Source of the DNA: Trichosphaerium sp. ATCC 40318
Taxonomy: Eukaryota > Protista > Tubulinea
Length of the DNA: 64,000 bases
Assembly (NCBI GenBank): GCA_038496445.1
Contig: JALMLS010000062.1
Span: forward strand, 372,001 to 436,000
Direction: 5' to 3'
Positions within the stretch are counted from its first letter, which is position 1. Each line of letters starts with the position of its first letter. This document shows positions 39,838 to 53,912 of the stretch, piece after piece. Made by a program: the position numbers and the translations under genes. Under the pieces are notes generated by a model. The model was not told the DNA's origin and ran no database searches. It saw nothing but the letters and a program-made list of their open reading frames with translations.

Positions 39838-39960
39838 GTTACGTGAATAAATTACGGTGTATGGCGTGTATGTGAGATGACTTACAATGTTTTTTACACC
39901 CAAGACGTTTTTTTGAAACAATTCGCATTTTTTCTTCGTTGGTTCTTATTTTCAATTACA

Positions 39961-42104
39961 ATGGCGCAACGACGCGAAATAGAAAAAGGAGATGACTTTG
40001 TAACTGATATTGGCAAAGTAGAACACATTAAGACATTTGAAGAGTTACCACTCGAAAAATGGATGAAACAATCACTGAGAACGTTGGGTATTAAAAAACC
40101 TACCGAAATTCAACAAGTTTGTATAAAACCTGCCATTGAAGGCAAAAATGTTATTGGATGCGCAAAAACGGGAGACGGAAAGACTATGTGCTTCGTATTA
40201 CCAATTCTCAATAGTTTAAGCAAAGATCCTCATGGAATGCATTCATTAGTACTTACACCAACGCGGTACGCATAAAAATACATTAAAAAGCCATTGACAA
40301 CAGTCTAGCGAATTGGCTGTACAAATTAAAGACCAATTCGTCGCAATTGGCGCTGCAATGCGCGTTCGCGTCGAAGTCATCATTGGTGGTCTTGGTACGT
40401 GATTCAAAACGATAATTAATCAGTTTTAGTTTCGCTTTTTTGCTTTACATCTATTTCTCACGTGTGTATAGACGAAACAGCGCAAGCTTATAGGCTAAAC
40501 TTAGCACCACATATATTAGTTGCTACACCAGGTCGGTTACGGCATTTTGTAGAGTTTACCAAATCGACGCCTGGGTTTACTTTAAAACGTTTGAAATATC
40601 TTGTACGGTTTTTTGTCTGCTCTTTTTCACTTGGATGCTGTTACCAACAATGTGTAGGTCATGGACGAAGCGGATAGATTACTATCTCCTCAGTATGAAG
40701 ATGAGCTCTCGTGGATCATGAGTGCTATTCCAAAGGCATGTACTTTGTTTTTTACATTTTGGAATTTTTTTTTTTTTTGATTGGCTAACATATTATTGTT
40801 AGAAGCGTCAAACTCTATTATATTCCGCTACAATTACAAAAAATCTTAAACTTCTTGGCTATGATGACAATGTATTTCGCTTCAACGCTAACCCAGGGTA
40901 CAACCTTCACTGTTTTTCAAACAACTGCAAACACTTGATTCTCTAACGCTGTCGTTAGTTTTGGTACTGTAGATAAGTGTAAGATGCAATACATGCTAAG
41001 TACGAGAATTAGTAGAAGTATTGACTTTGTACTAACACGCGTTTGCCTCTATTTTAGTTCCTATGAAACTCAAGTTTTGTTACCTCGTTTATCTATTGAC
41101 GGAACGATTTGATTCAAAAAAGACTATTATAATATTCACAAACACGCTCAAGTATGTAAAACTGACATGCGCTTGAAGAGATATTTGTTGATGCTTTATG
41201 TAGAGAATGCGCTATACTTCACAGACAACTTCAAGTGCTTGAAATGTCTGTTGTTAGTTTACACGCATTGATGGACCAAAAAGACCGTATGGCCACTTTG
41301 CAAGCTTTCAAATCAAAGATGGTAAAAATACTGGTAGCTACAGATGTTGCTGCACGGTATGCACATGTTTTTGTATTACCTTGAAACAATTCTTTGATTT
41401 TTCTTACTTTAATGACACTGACACGTGCTTTTCGTAGTGGTTTGGATATTCCAACTGTAGATCTTGTGATAAATTATGATGTACCAAACACGCATTGGTA
41501 TGTTCACAGAGTACGTAATCAACAGGCCTTCTGTTGTACCTTTTTGTTTATTTTTTTAGGTTGGTAGAACAGCGAGAGGAAATAAGTCTGGTCAAGCTTT
41601 AACTTTGGTTACTCAAGTGCGTTCATACTATCTAGATCAACTATGTTTGGTGGGTATTAACAATAGTTTATTAGTACGATGTAGCTGCATACAAAGCCAT
41701 AGAATCATCAACACGTATGTATCAGGATTGTATTTTTATTGTTAAAAGTCTAACCTCTTTTCTTAGATCGCCAGTTCCCAGAGTTAGGTGTTGATGAAAA
41801 TTTAGTACTACAACATCTTAATGAAGCAATTAAAGCACGTCAGATAGCTATACTTGATCTCGAAGATGAAGGATTTTTTGAAAGATGGGAAATGCATAAA
41901 CGAAATAAATATGGAACAAAAAAGAGACGTGCTCAGGTATGTGTGATTACTTATTTAGTATGAAATAAGTCGCATTCATTTTGATTATAAATAATGATTT
42001 CTTAATAATAGGAACAAGCTGAAGGAGATGGAAGACCACAAAGAAAAAAGTACAAAAATAAAAAACCAAAGTATAAAGGAAAGAAAGGTGGCTCTAAAAA
42101 ATAA
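39961..42104 (+). CDS. DDX49: DEAD-box RNA helicase DDX49/Dbp8
   Basis: Q motif, AKTGDGKT, LSKDPHG..PTRELA, TPGR, DEAD, SAT, ATDVAARGLDIP, HRVGRTAR. Confidence 0.85.
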
Positions 42105-43065
42105 AATAAAAATTGCACTCATCTTGTACCATCCTTAACTTAGTACCAATAACATAGCGTTCTAAGAAATAAGAAGCTGTCAAAAAATGAACAACGTAAC
42201 CCAAAAGAAATGTACAGCTACGGCATTCAGTTGCGGAATGATACAGCTACCAAGAAAACTTGCACGTGACATCCAATTCAGGTGGCTTATATAGTATAGT
42301 TTGTTTTATGAGTGCTAGCATTGCTCTGTTTCAAAAGCACTTATTGTGCTATTAACGAGGTGGAGAAACCCAACTGGTGTGTTAACTTTTTTTTTTGGAC
42401 TTCTACAGGTAAAAAGACCAAAAAAACTGAAACAGTCGATTCATCGACAAAACAGATTTATGTAACCGCGTAGCATGTTACACACGTATTCTACAGGTTC
42501 TTGATGCTCGCGTCGTCTGGGAGGTGTAGCCATAACTATGTCCAGAGCGCTAGTAACAAGTTAAAAGCTGTGGTGCAAAATACCGTGTAAAAACGATTTA
42601 GCATTTAGCATTTAACATTATGCGTAGCACTTGAGAAATAAAATGGCCATCAAAAAACTCTAGGTTTAGTATTGTCCAGTATAGGTTCACTAACATTTTA
42701 GCTTGGTAAAATCTCACATGCGCCAGTTGTTTGAATTCGGCAAAGTTTCTGTTTTTCTCGATTTTGATTTTGCTTACAGCACTTTAAAAACCTTGTTTTA
42801 AAGATGGTTCTACCTAGGGTCTCTTTGTACTACCTTTCGAAATTGATAGCTGCCACTGCGAAAAAAAAATGAGTTTTCTGCGAAGAGGTAAAACACGAAA
42901 AGCGTAATCTCATTTTACAATCACGTGATATTCGGAATGTTTGTTGAACTATTTTCTTTATCTTAGATTTTTTGTGTGACACAGTCATTACTATTCCCAG
43001 TTTTCTAAGTAAGAAATTAGAACATAATCTTCTCATTCTGAAGTAAACAGACACACAGTAAACAC

Positions 43066-44077
43066 ATGACCTACTGTACTCTTTTGTCAATATTAGCTAC
43101 CGCCATACTTGTTTGTAGCGCATTACAAGATTGTAATTGTCCTAAAAACTGTAACTGCGGGTATAACGATCCTTGTTCACCTTCAGGTACCAAAATATAC
43201 TTATCTAGTGCGTAACTAAGCTAAACGAATAGGGTATTGTAAAGCTTGCAATACGTACCGCCAGTGGGGAGAACAATGCACTCAAAACTGCAGCACTGGA
43301 TGCGCCAACTACGAACCGGCATGCGACAGACTGAATGGCACTTGTACAGGATGTATCAACAATCGTTGGGGAACCACTTGCGACTTAGTGTGTAACCCAG
43401 GCTGCGCAGCGTTCAACACAGTATGCTTCAGGAATAATGGAACTTGTACTGGATGTAAAGAAGGAAGATGGGGAGATGTGTGTGATGAAGAATGCAGCGC
43501 TGGATGTGCCGACTTTTCGCCAAAATGTAATAGGACCAACGGAATTTGTGTTGGTTGTAAGAGTGGCCTTTGGGGCGACTTTTGTAAACACAGTTGTAAC
43601 CCTGGCTGTGCCGAGTTCACCACAGTATGCTTCAGGAATAATGGAACGTGTACTGGATGTAAAGAAGGAAGATGGGGAGATGTGTGCGACGAAGAATGCA
43701 GCTCTGGATGTGCCGACTTTTCGCCAAAATGCACAAGAAATAATGGCACATGTATTGGCTGTAACAGCGGCCTTTGGGGTGCCTTTTGCAAACAGAATTG
43801 TAGTTCTGGTTGTGCTGACTTTCCTACTGTCTGTAATCGGGATACCGGGATATGCAGTGGATGTAAAGAAAACAAATGGGGAGAAACGTGCCAAAACACG
43901 TGCAGTCCTACCTGCGCGAAATATAGTACTAGATGCGATAGAGTAAGTGGTGAGTGCACAGGTTGTCCAAGTGGTATTTGGGGTCCACTTTGTAAGCGAG
44001 CATGCGTTGGTTGCAGTATATGTGATCAACACACTGGCGCCTGTATTAACAGTACCCTTGACAAGATTGAACAATAA
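43066..44077 (+). CDS. Secreted Cys-rich EGF/laminin-EGF-like repeat protein (may have one more 3' exon)
   Basis: Signal MTYCTLLSILATAILVCSA; repeats CxxGC..CxRxNGTCxGCxxGxWGxxC. Confidence 0.85.
43391..43798 (+). repeat. 204-bp internal tandem duplication (two repeat modules)
   Basis: 43391-43594 is nearly identical to 43595-43798. Confidence 0.85.
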
Positions 44078-44460
44078 ACCTTCACTTTTCATTAATTGTT
44101 TTCTTCTTTGTTTTAGAATTATTTGTGAGTAATGAGTTTGGTAGCGTAGATGAGTACCAAACTGGGCTAGATATAGCGAGTGGTAATTCACTCGCGTTAA
44201 TCACGTTAAGTAAGTTGTCATAACCTAGCTGTTTCTTCAACAAATTTGTCAACGCTCAAAAAGAAAAAGTTTGATAGTGCCTAAAGAAGCTTACCTCGTG
44301 ACCCTTTGCGTTTTACACTTTGTTGGAAGCCATCCGAGATTAAACAAACTGGTAACCTAACAATCAAGAATGAGAAAAAACACAAGCAAACGTCGAAGGG
44401 TCAATAATGAACTTTATTGTTTATGTCGTTTTTCTGTAATTTATAAAGACTTTTTTGTTT

Positions 44461-47400
44461 CTAACTTAACATTGAAGAGTCTTCTTCGTTCTCAGTATTG
44501 CCATTTCTTGAGCTATTACTACTATCAGATTCCTTATTATTAGAAACCTTTGATCCTTTAGAACCACCAGAAGTAGACTCCAAATCAACACTCAAGTTCT
44601 CAATATCCAAAAGAATTTTTGTTGTTTCTCTGAAGTTAAAAGAAACTACATTTATAGTTTCTTCACCCCATACAGGACCTGACTCTGATTCTTCCTCTGA
44701 TAATACCATCTCCACTTTTGATTTTTTACTTATCGATGTAGAACTCTTATCTTTCATTGACTTTGAACGACGTATTTTTTTTTCTCCTGTACCACTTTTT
44801 GCGCTTAGTGTAGGTGTTTGTTCAAAGCAAGTTGTTTGTCTGTGTTTTCTTGATTTTGATTTATCTCTATGCCTTCTATGTCTGCTATTTGATCTCTTGT
44901 TTGAAGATGGACTTGAACTTTTTTTCGCACTTCTGTCTCTTTTGTTTCTTCGACTTTTCTTCCTTTTCAGCTGTCTTACTGGGTCGCTGCTAGACATCTT
45001 TTTCGCTGCTCTAACCTCAGGAGATGTAGCTAAAGAAGCAGGTGATATAACAGGTGGAAGACGCATAGACTGACTCAACTAAGGTGATAAGTTAATCAAA
45101 GAGAGCTAAGCGTTTTGTGGGGTTTTTTTGGACTTACTGGGCGAGTTCTCGCATCAGAAGATGCGATTGTTTCTCTTGTCATACGATGACTTGCGTATTT
45201 CCTTGGTTTCATCTTAATAACAGGTGAGTCATCTGAGTCTTCCTCATTATCTTCATTCTTCTTTTCTTTTGTTTTTTTGGATTTTTTCTCTTCTTCTGTA
45301 CAGAGATAAGTGTTGGAAGGGTATTCTTAATTCTTTCTTACCAATGTCGTTGTTATCAACTGGATCTTTCTTTTTACCATTTTCAACATCTCCTTTTTCT
45401 GTACGCTTGTCATCCTTGTCATCTTTGTCATCCTTGTCGTCATCACCGTTTTCAAGGACAAAATCGTCGTCCGACAGAGGCATAGTTTCGACAACATCTG
45501 TTAAACAAATGTAAGAAAACGCAAGAATTATTACTCGTTTTTTACCTATTTTAGCATCTGCACTTGACGTTGTTGAGCATAATTCAGATTTTCCAACGAG
45601 TTTAAAGGCTATATCAAATACTTTAAAAATATTCACTGCAGCGTGTAGTTGCTTAAAAGATTGAACTTTGCCTACAAACAAATAAGTCAAATAAGTATCC
45701 AAACACCAGTATTTCTTGGATCTCGGTTATCACAACTATACATGATAACTCATAATACCTCATCGAGGATATTAAATAAAGTTGAGGCACCAATCAGACT
45801 CACTGAAGCAAGTTTTCTTGGTTGTTAAAGAAGAGGTTTTGAAAAAAATTTCAAAAGTGCAAGTAGGAATTAAACAAGTTTCTTTGATTTACCTTCTTTG
45901 TTCTTGTAATCCAGTACGAATGCATCATTGTAATCGAATTTGGCTAACTTGACAGATACTATATCCTTCATAGGTATATGTACAGGAGCTATACAAGTCC
46001 AAGGAAAGTGCATTTCAACATTCTTTTTGTTGATATGCAAAACAGGAAACCGCTTTTCGTTGACATCCATGTTATCGTCATTTGTATCAATCTTAATAGA
46101 ACCACCCTATTATAAAACGCTTAATAACTATTCAAATCATTGTAAAGATATCAAAGAAAAAGACATTTGAAGAAGATCGAAGGTATAAGAATTGAAGTTG
46201 AAAGAACATTTCTGGTTGACTTGAACAAAACGTACGGCCTTTGCTATGCTTGTCACAAGTTTTGTTTGTTGTTTTGTAATATCTTCTATCCACTCTGTAG
46301 CTTCAGTTTCACTTGAAGTACAAACAGTCATGAACCTTCCAGAAAGACACTCTAACAGAAAGTTACTCCAACTCGATTTGCTTTTGTAAAGGGGGATGTA
46401 CCAATCTGTATTGTTGCAGCACTGAACAGCGTTTTCTTACAGACCATACCAATCAACGGGAGTAAAGTAACAAGTCCATGAACCTGAATGTCGTGTTCTT
46501 CACTTTCCTAAGTTGGAAATCACGTGAGAAACAAAACAGAATAATACAATCCAAGGCAACTTACTAAAGCTTCGGAGTAAAACCGCACTGCTTTCGTTGT
46601 AAGCAATGTCCATAATCTTTCCTTTCCTTCAGGCAGTACGTTAAGCATATATCCGCCTCTTACAACTTGCTCTTTAACACCACGCTATATATCAATGTAA
46701 GTCGCATTAATTTCGTTAACTAAGCTTAATGTTGAACGTACGGAGTGATGAAGCACTATACACGCATATTGCATAGCAATTTTATCCATCCACTTATCGC
46801 ATAATCTCTTGGAAGAAACAGCAATTAGATAGCTTCTATTTTTACCTATTTGTTAACGAAAAATCAGTAATCACGTGTAGTTTTTTTTGTTACGAACCGA
46901 TATCTATTTTAAAGTGGAATCCAACATTCTTTTCTTGTCGTACTTCCCACCTAGACATACAATTAAAATAAACCCCACACGGTCAAAAACAATAACAGTG
47001 CGTAATATGTACACGTGATAGATCTGTTATCGATAAGCAAAAGCGGCGAAAATGGTACAAATTGTAAAAACAAAAACTAACGTTCTCAGTGCAGTAATAC
47101 TTGCGATCTGTATCCATCCTTTCAAGTAATTAACATCGTCAGAATTTTGGTCCTAGTCCGTATTTAGATTTAAATTAACATAATGTACATCTTACAACTT
47201 CAGTAGTATAATAAAGCAAGCAGCTACCCTTCAAGATAAGATACCTAATAAAAACCCATTTATTTCTGAACACCCATTTGATGATAAAAATAACGAATTC
47301 AAAAAAATAGTTTTGCGGTCATACCTATGCTTCCAAGCGCTTCTAGCAGCGCCAAGTTTCTTCTTATATATCCAGCCAGTATGAAAAACGTTCTAAAAAC

Positions 47401-48082
47401 AAGTTTAGCAACGGAACATTGCGTCACGACTATAAACGGCGGTAATCGTTTTGTGGATTTTCTAAAATTGTATAACAAACCTTATAATGCACTACATAGT
47501 CCGATATCGCGGTTTGTATTGATGATTTCCAGTAAGCAAGTTCTGTGTCATCACGTGACGGCACTCTGAAAATATATTCTTTACCAGACCGTGTCTCAAG
47601 AGCGAAAGATTGCGGATCTAAATATCAAGGTAAATATTACAATGGTACAACAAAAAAAAAGCAAAATCACGTGGCACAAAGCTAAAAAACGTGTATCGCT
47701 TTCTAATTTTATCAGTACCTGGTTGGGATAGAGTAGCCTCCAGTAAGTACAGCATGCCTAATTAGAGGAGTAACGAATTAATTGGGTGTCTAAACAATAA
47801 ATAAGCTGTGGATTGGGCCTTACCCTTTAGAATACTCTGATCCTTTGCGCTTGCTTTCTAAATGGTAACTGTTAATCCATTTTCGACCGATTATAACAAC
47901 ATAAAAGCCTTCCACCCCGCTAGGATTTGAAACTGACTTCAAATTCAAAACCGTACCGGCTGCGAGAAATAATAGAGCAAATAGGAACCACTCAATACTG
48001 TATAGCGTTTCTTTACATTTTTAATACTGTGACCCTTTCCTCCCTGTTTATTAACCCATCCGCTAGCCAATGTAATATTCAT
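44461..48082 (-). CDS. Multi-PH-domain protein with Ser/Lys-rich disordered C-terminus
   Basis: MNITLASGWVNKQGG..KKRYTVLSGSYLLYY; TGWIYKK..SAWKHR|YLILKGSCLLYY; GGYML..RLWTLLTTKAVRFY..EATEWIEDI (at least 3 PH domains). Confidence 0.8.
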
Positions 48083-48330
48083 GGCGAGGCTCTGTTCACG
48101 TGTCGATGTTGGTTAGGAAGCGCTGTAGCGTAGTTACAACATGAACACGTGAGTGCCAAGCGTTATTATAAAAATCAACAAAAAAAGTTGTTTCGTTAAG
48201 CGCTAGTGTAGCACATACCTTAGTAAATCCTTTGTGATTGTTTCACGGACAATTACTAACATGAATGGTACAAAATAAAGCGTGTACATCGGAAACAGTG
48301 TTCATTGAAAATGATGTACAAGACAATCTT

Positions 48331-50780
48331 TTATTTACCCCACGCATGTACTGAGTGTCGCTCACTGCGTGGCTTTTGCCATACCGTAAAGAAAACAACC
48401 ACCACTACCGCTAGTGTTACCACAATGCAAGAAGCGGCAATACCAACTGCTAGGCCTACGCTTATAGAGCTTTCGCAATCATTCCTAATTGAAAACACTA
48501 AATCTATTCTTCCTGTGATAGAAACTTAGTTACTGTAACTTTGTGAAACAAATTCTTTGTTACCTTCGTTATCATCATGGGATTCGGCAAACATTCTAGT
48601 AGCACAATCCGTATTGCTCGATATCACATTAATATTTTCTGGCACGTGAACACAAGAATCGAGTAAATCATAGTCAATAAAGTCCACTCTCTAAAACAAA
48701 TAAGTAATTCTTGTCTATTGTTTTACAATTAAGAAATACCTCTCCGTGTTGCATTCCTTCGTCAGAAACTGTTATATCACCGAAAATATTCATACACCCT
48801 TGTTTCCAGAGCGTTAATAGTCATTATCAATCAGGCTTCTTTCAAAGCACCTTTTACTGTTATTGTTGTGTTTTTCCTCAGCACAATATTACCGGTAACT
48901 GTAAAGTTGCCCTGTACTTCAAACTGCCCATGCCAAATAGTGGCATTGGTTAAAACCATATCAACATCTACAATCCATACGTCTTTATTTTGTATTAGTA
49001 TTTAACGCTCTTTAGAAAAAAAGCGTACTTGACAAACAAAAAAAATCTGATGTAGGAGGCTCAGTATCACACGAGTGTGCAGATGGACCAACGGTTGTTG
49101 GTTCTGGTGTTGGTATAGCGGAGGATAAGGTACTAGTAGGTGGCCTTACTGTTGGTGGTGTTGTCGTAGGAGGCATTGTCGTTGGCGGAAACCGCTAGGC
49201 TATAAACACACAAATACATTTAAAGATAATGTAACGTACTGTTTGAAATGCACCAATATCAATGAGTCCTGCAACGCGGACATTATTATCTAGATGAAAA
49301 AAGCGTAAGTGGATACCTTAGTGTTAAATCACGTGCTTATATCGTGCAATGATACGCCACTTTGAAGTGTACCTAAAAAGGAAAAATGTGAGACGCCAAC
49401 ATGTTTGAACAAGGATTTCAACCTCCGAAGTTAAATACAGTGTCCGAAGCGATATTATAATCATTTCCAGCTGCATTCACAAAAACATTCTGATCCACGT
49501 GCAGTATAGAACCACTTGAAGTACCAGTTGTTGATGTAGTAATAATATTTCTGTACTTTGATGGTGACGGACTTGAGATGATAGTATCGGAACCTTCGAA
49601 ACACCGTCAGTATGTTGTAGTACTCAATAAATAAAGTTATCGTTACCTATGCCGAAAGTACACGATTCAATTTCAAAACTTCCGCCTTCATCTTCACAAT
49701 GGGTGTGCATCACTATTGATTTGTTCAAAAGAGATAAAAAAAAAATCTGTTAAAACGTTTCTCAATCAAGATTGGGTTTTTCCTTATTATGTACAGCATG
49801 AAAATAGGTCGTAATTACATATACGTACTATAAGGTGATCCTGTTACAAGAGTATTTGTTATTCTGAAATTACCTTCGTCATGGCAACTAAGGAGAAGAT
49901 AATAACGATTAGATAAGAAGCAGAGTGGGGTTTTTTTTAGTTGACTATTTAGCTTACTCAAATACTCTATTTACATTTCCTCCTCCAAATACGCGACAAC
50001 GATCAATATACACAAACGCATTTACAGCTTCTTTGGTCAAAAATACCTCTATTCGGTTTCAACAGAAAATCGTTCAAAAGGACAGTTGTTTACCTCTGAA
50101 ATTTCCACGAAAAATACTGTCCGTTACAAACACGTGACCAGATTTTGCTGATATCCCTCTAGGTTGTTCTGAAGAACGTGATTGTATAAATTCGAAATTC
50201 CTGAAGAAGTAACTATTTGCGTCTCTCGGTGTTGAGCCTTTTTTGAAACATATCAACGTGTGCTGTGTTTCACTAATAATTTTTGTTGACAACTTACCTA
50301 CAACGTCCGTTTGTATATCTATAACCCTTAATAGGTGTGAGAACGTGTTTATACTAAGATAATAATAGCGCACGCCATGTTGGAAGATCCTGTAAATGTC
50401 AACGTCACGTGATCAAACGCTATATTCGCCGAACCTAGTAGCAGACGTCAACAAGGTACGAAGTATCGAAGTTGACTCACTGCCGTGTATTCCAATGAGA
50501 GGAATACTTGTTCCTGAGATAGACACATTTGATAGCGAGACATTCGTACAGCCAGATAATGTAATACTAGTAAAAACCACCTGACGACAAATCAGTTTTC
50601 TCCGGTTCAAATACCCAAAAACAAAATCCAAAAGCGAATTTGTTTATTTCGTATCACGTGCGTTTGTGGCAATATTATCAAGTGCTCTTATATCCAGATC
50701 ATGTTTATTACTCAAATCTAATGCATACGTACCACTACGAAGTAATATACAGGCAGGAGTGGTCTATATTTGGGTGCGCA
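48331..50780 (-). CDS. Beta-helix (Pmp/pectin-lyase-like) surface protein with PT linker and C-terminal TM; 5' end unclear, possibly damaged
   Basis: VYIDRCRVFGGG, RVAGLIDIGAFQ, PPTTMPPTTTPPT, TM VGLAVGIAASCIVVTLAVVVVFF. Confidence 0.65.
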
Positions 50781-52246
50781 TTAGTTTGATGGCGTTATTT
50801 CGAGTTTGAATTTTTTAGTTCGTACCACGCCGTTTATGCTATTTTCAAGTCTAGTGGAAGGAGAAAGGGTAACGCAGCATTGTGTTGACGATATACAGCC
50901 AAAAATAATTATTAAAAAAGTCCAAGAAACCATACAGTTGTGCCTAAGGTGTATGGGATTTTATAAAACACCAATTCACACAATTACTCAAATACAACAG
51001 GCGCTGTATTGCTTTTAAAATCGTTAAAATCTAACACTAAGGGACCGGGGATTTAGTGGAAGTTTATACGAGATTCAAACACACTCTCGCTTGTTGTTTG
51101 TTGGACATACTGTGAGTGTTCTTATTAATACGAGTGTTTGTCATTATTGTAAAGCGATGTTGTGAACTCAAATATTTTATTGCGTCCGAATTCGTTTTTT
51201 GTCGTCACGCACGTGTTTTTGATGTGGTGCCATTACTTGAGTCTCGATTTTCGATTATCCTTAAACTGTAATAGCACTCCTTTAGAGAGTGTGGCGATCA
51301 TAGATCTAAACTGTAAACAAGTAGATTGATGTTTCAAAGTACAGACAAAGTCAAGTTTTCAGCCGGAATGACTGTTAGCAAAAAAATCTAGTTTCAGCCA
51401 GAATATGACGAATTTGACACTTCTGACAGATCTTGCAAATGTAATGTATTAAAAATGATCTATCCTCACACGCCTGTCCAGTGAATCCACCCCACGTGAT
51501 TTAACAAACTCAGAATAAAAAAATTATTAGCATATTTGGCACCTGGCGGCGTTTACCAAGCCTACAGCAACGCTGGTGGTGTTTTGGGAGGTTTTAACGT
51601 TATTACACCTGCCTTGCTATTTGGGTGGTGCCATAGCGCTTTTGTTGCGTAGGGTAGGCGCTAGCGTAGCGCTAGTAAGTTATACACGTCCGTTGATTTT
51701 TTGAAGCAAAACATACAGTAAACAGTGTTTGAGGCATTCATACCGCGTTTGGCGGTAATGTGATAGCTTTGTAGGCTATCGAACCTTTTTAATTCGCTTT
51801 TATCTCATTGAACACTCCTGTGGTTTGATCGTACCATGTACAGTTTGCGTGTAAAATACTGCGATCATCTTCCATGGTCTATTGAAACTGACATTGAAAA
51901 TTTTGTTACCACTTAAGGTACTAAGTCGTACTATGAAGGACATTGCAGAGCAAATAGTTCACATTGTGATAGATCTACACGTTTGACAGAAGTATCAGAT
52001 CTTACTAGATCTACTAAAAGTGCTGGAAACTCACTTTCTAGAAAATATTAATAAAAACAAAAAATAGAAAAAACAAACAGATATTCCTGAAAGCAAAATC
52101 TCGCAGAGACATTTGTCTAACGCTTCCAATATATTTCTCAATGTAACACGTGGCTTAAATCCCAACTTGTACTTAATAAACAGCTTTTATTAATAACTTA
52201 CTATCAACCGTTGCCGTTCCTCTTCAGAACCTTTAATTTGTACTTG

Positions 52247-52624
52247 ATGCTAAAACAAACTCATAAAATAAGAGGAAAACAACAGCTTTGTTCTGCTTGT
52301 AACAAATATCTACCAAACAGAGCATTTAGTATTACACAGAGAAGGAAACAATATGAAGGAAGGTGTAGTAACTGCATAGAGAAAAACAGAAAACTATTGA
52401 AGGCTGAGAACAAACGAACTTTTAAACCGGCTTCTTCTATTTGTAATGACGTAAATTATTGGGCATCATCTAGCGAAGAAGAAGAGGAATTGTTTTGTAC
52501 AGGATGTGGGGAATATGGACATCAATCGAATGAATGTTATGACCAATACGAGCTTGCTACTATTTCCGATGATTCTGACGCTTACATGCTCCAGCTACCT
52601 TCGAAACCGTTATATTTACAGTAG
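52247..52624 (+). CDS. Small zinc-finger protein: Stc1-like CxxC..FS..Q..CxxC motif + CCHC zinc knuckle
   Basis: CSACNKYLPNRAFSITQRRKQYEGRCSNC; CTGCGEYGHQSNEC. Confidence 0.65.
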   Translation: MLKQTHKIRGKQQLCSACNKYLPNRAFSITQRRKQYEGRCSNCIEKNRKLLKAENKRTFKPASSICNDVNYWASSSEEEEELFCTGCGEYGHQSNECYDQYELATISDDSDAYMLQLPSKPLYLQ

Positions 52625-52858
52625 CTCGTCTTCGTACGAGAAAAACTATGTCACGTGAAACAGCATGTGTAAAATTAAGAAAACACCATGTAAATAAATA
52701 ATCTCTGCAAATTCGATATTACTGTAAGATAGCTAAAATACCACTGTGAAAATTAGCCTACTACCAGAGGATTTAAGTACACCTGTTAAGGCAGCTCTCT
52801 GAGAGACTTTTCTGATTTTGTAAATTAGAACTATTAGGCGCTTGATAAAATTGCTGCT

Positions 52859-53912
52859 ATGGCCAACACCTCAATTACAGATACCTTTGGCGAAGGTACA
52901 CTGATACATGATCTAATGTTTCCTATTTTGTGCTAGGCCTTGAGAAGCTTATTCAATCGACGCTAAAGGCAAAGACAAGTGAGTTAACAAAGAGAGAGAA
53001 TGAACTAGAAGAAAGAGAACGTATAGTTAACGAAATGGTTGATAACGTAAAGTGCTCAGAAGAAGGTACACGAACACTAGTAGCTACTACGAATTTTCCA
53101 TTACCAATTTTAATAGAGATTGTTGAACTTCGTGTCGGTCAAATTGTTTATCACGTGACTGCAAAGACACTTCTTAAGCATAAAGATTCGTACTTCCATA
53201 CGCTTTTGAACTCGTCAAACACTGGAGAGGTACAATGTCAGTTTTTTTGTTTTGGAGTTCACGTTTCAAAAGAGGTTTATTGATCGCGATGGTAAAGTAT
53301 TTGAATTCATCCTCGAGTACCTACGGTATGATTGTATTTCTTCTGAACTAAGCAAGAGCCAAATACAAAAGTTAAAGTCAGGTACAACACGTGTGTCAGT
53401 TGGATTTAATAGTGCTGTAGATTCTGTATTTTATAACTTGCCTGGACTATTGAAAGATAGTGAACATGACGAGAATGAACAGGACGAAAAGGAAAAATCT
53501 AAGAGCGTTAAGTTTCTATCAACCTCAGGCGGTTTTAATACGTACCTACGCTGGACCTATTCTGCAATAAAAAATAGAAAAATAGCAAAGTGTAATGGTG
53601 AGACTATTACAATAGTACAGCCAGGTACGTACTTGTTTTTTATCAGAAGTACTGGAAGAGGAGGTAACAACAATGCACATATTTCTCTACACATCAATGA
53701 CGTGGAGGTTGCTAAAGTAAGTGCTATGTTTATTGAGTGAAACTCACTGGCTATAGAGCATGCATGGCAACAACACTGGATTCAATATTTGCTATCAAAT
53801 CTCAGAAGTCTTCATACTTAACGCTGGAGATATTCTAAAAGTGTATCAAAACGCTGCCTCCGGGACCGTAAATACAAGAAACTGTAATGCGTTCACAATA
53901 GTTAAATTGTAA
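52859..53912 (+). CDS. Coiled-coil + KCTD-type BTB/POZ + C1q/TNF-like domain protein
   Basis: IVELRVG..TLLKHKDSYF, FIDRDGKVFEFILEYLR; ITIVQPGTYLF..LNAGDILKVY..FTIVKL*. Confidence 0.8.

Noticed and set aside
43309-44191. Long minus-strand ORFs (216 and 268 aa) over the EGF-repeat gene
   Set aside because: Antisense shadows of a Cys/Gly-rich repetitive CDS
51640-51680. GCGCTAG palindromic cluster (similar short motifs at 23481, 42547, 48199)
   Set aside because: Too few and too short to distinguish from chance without counts
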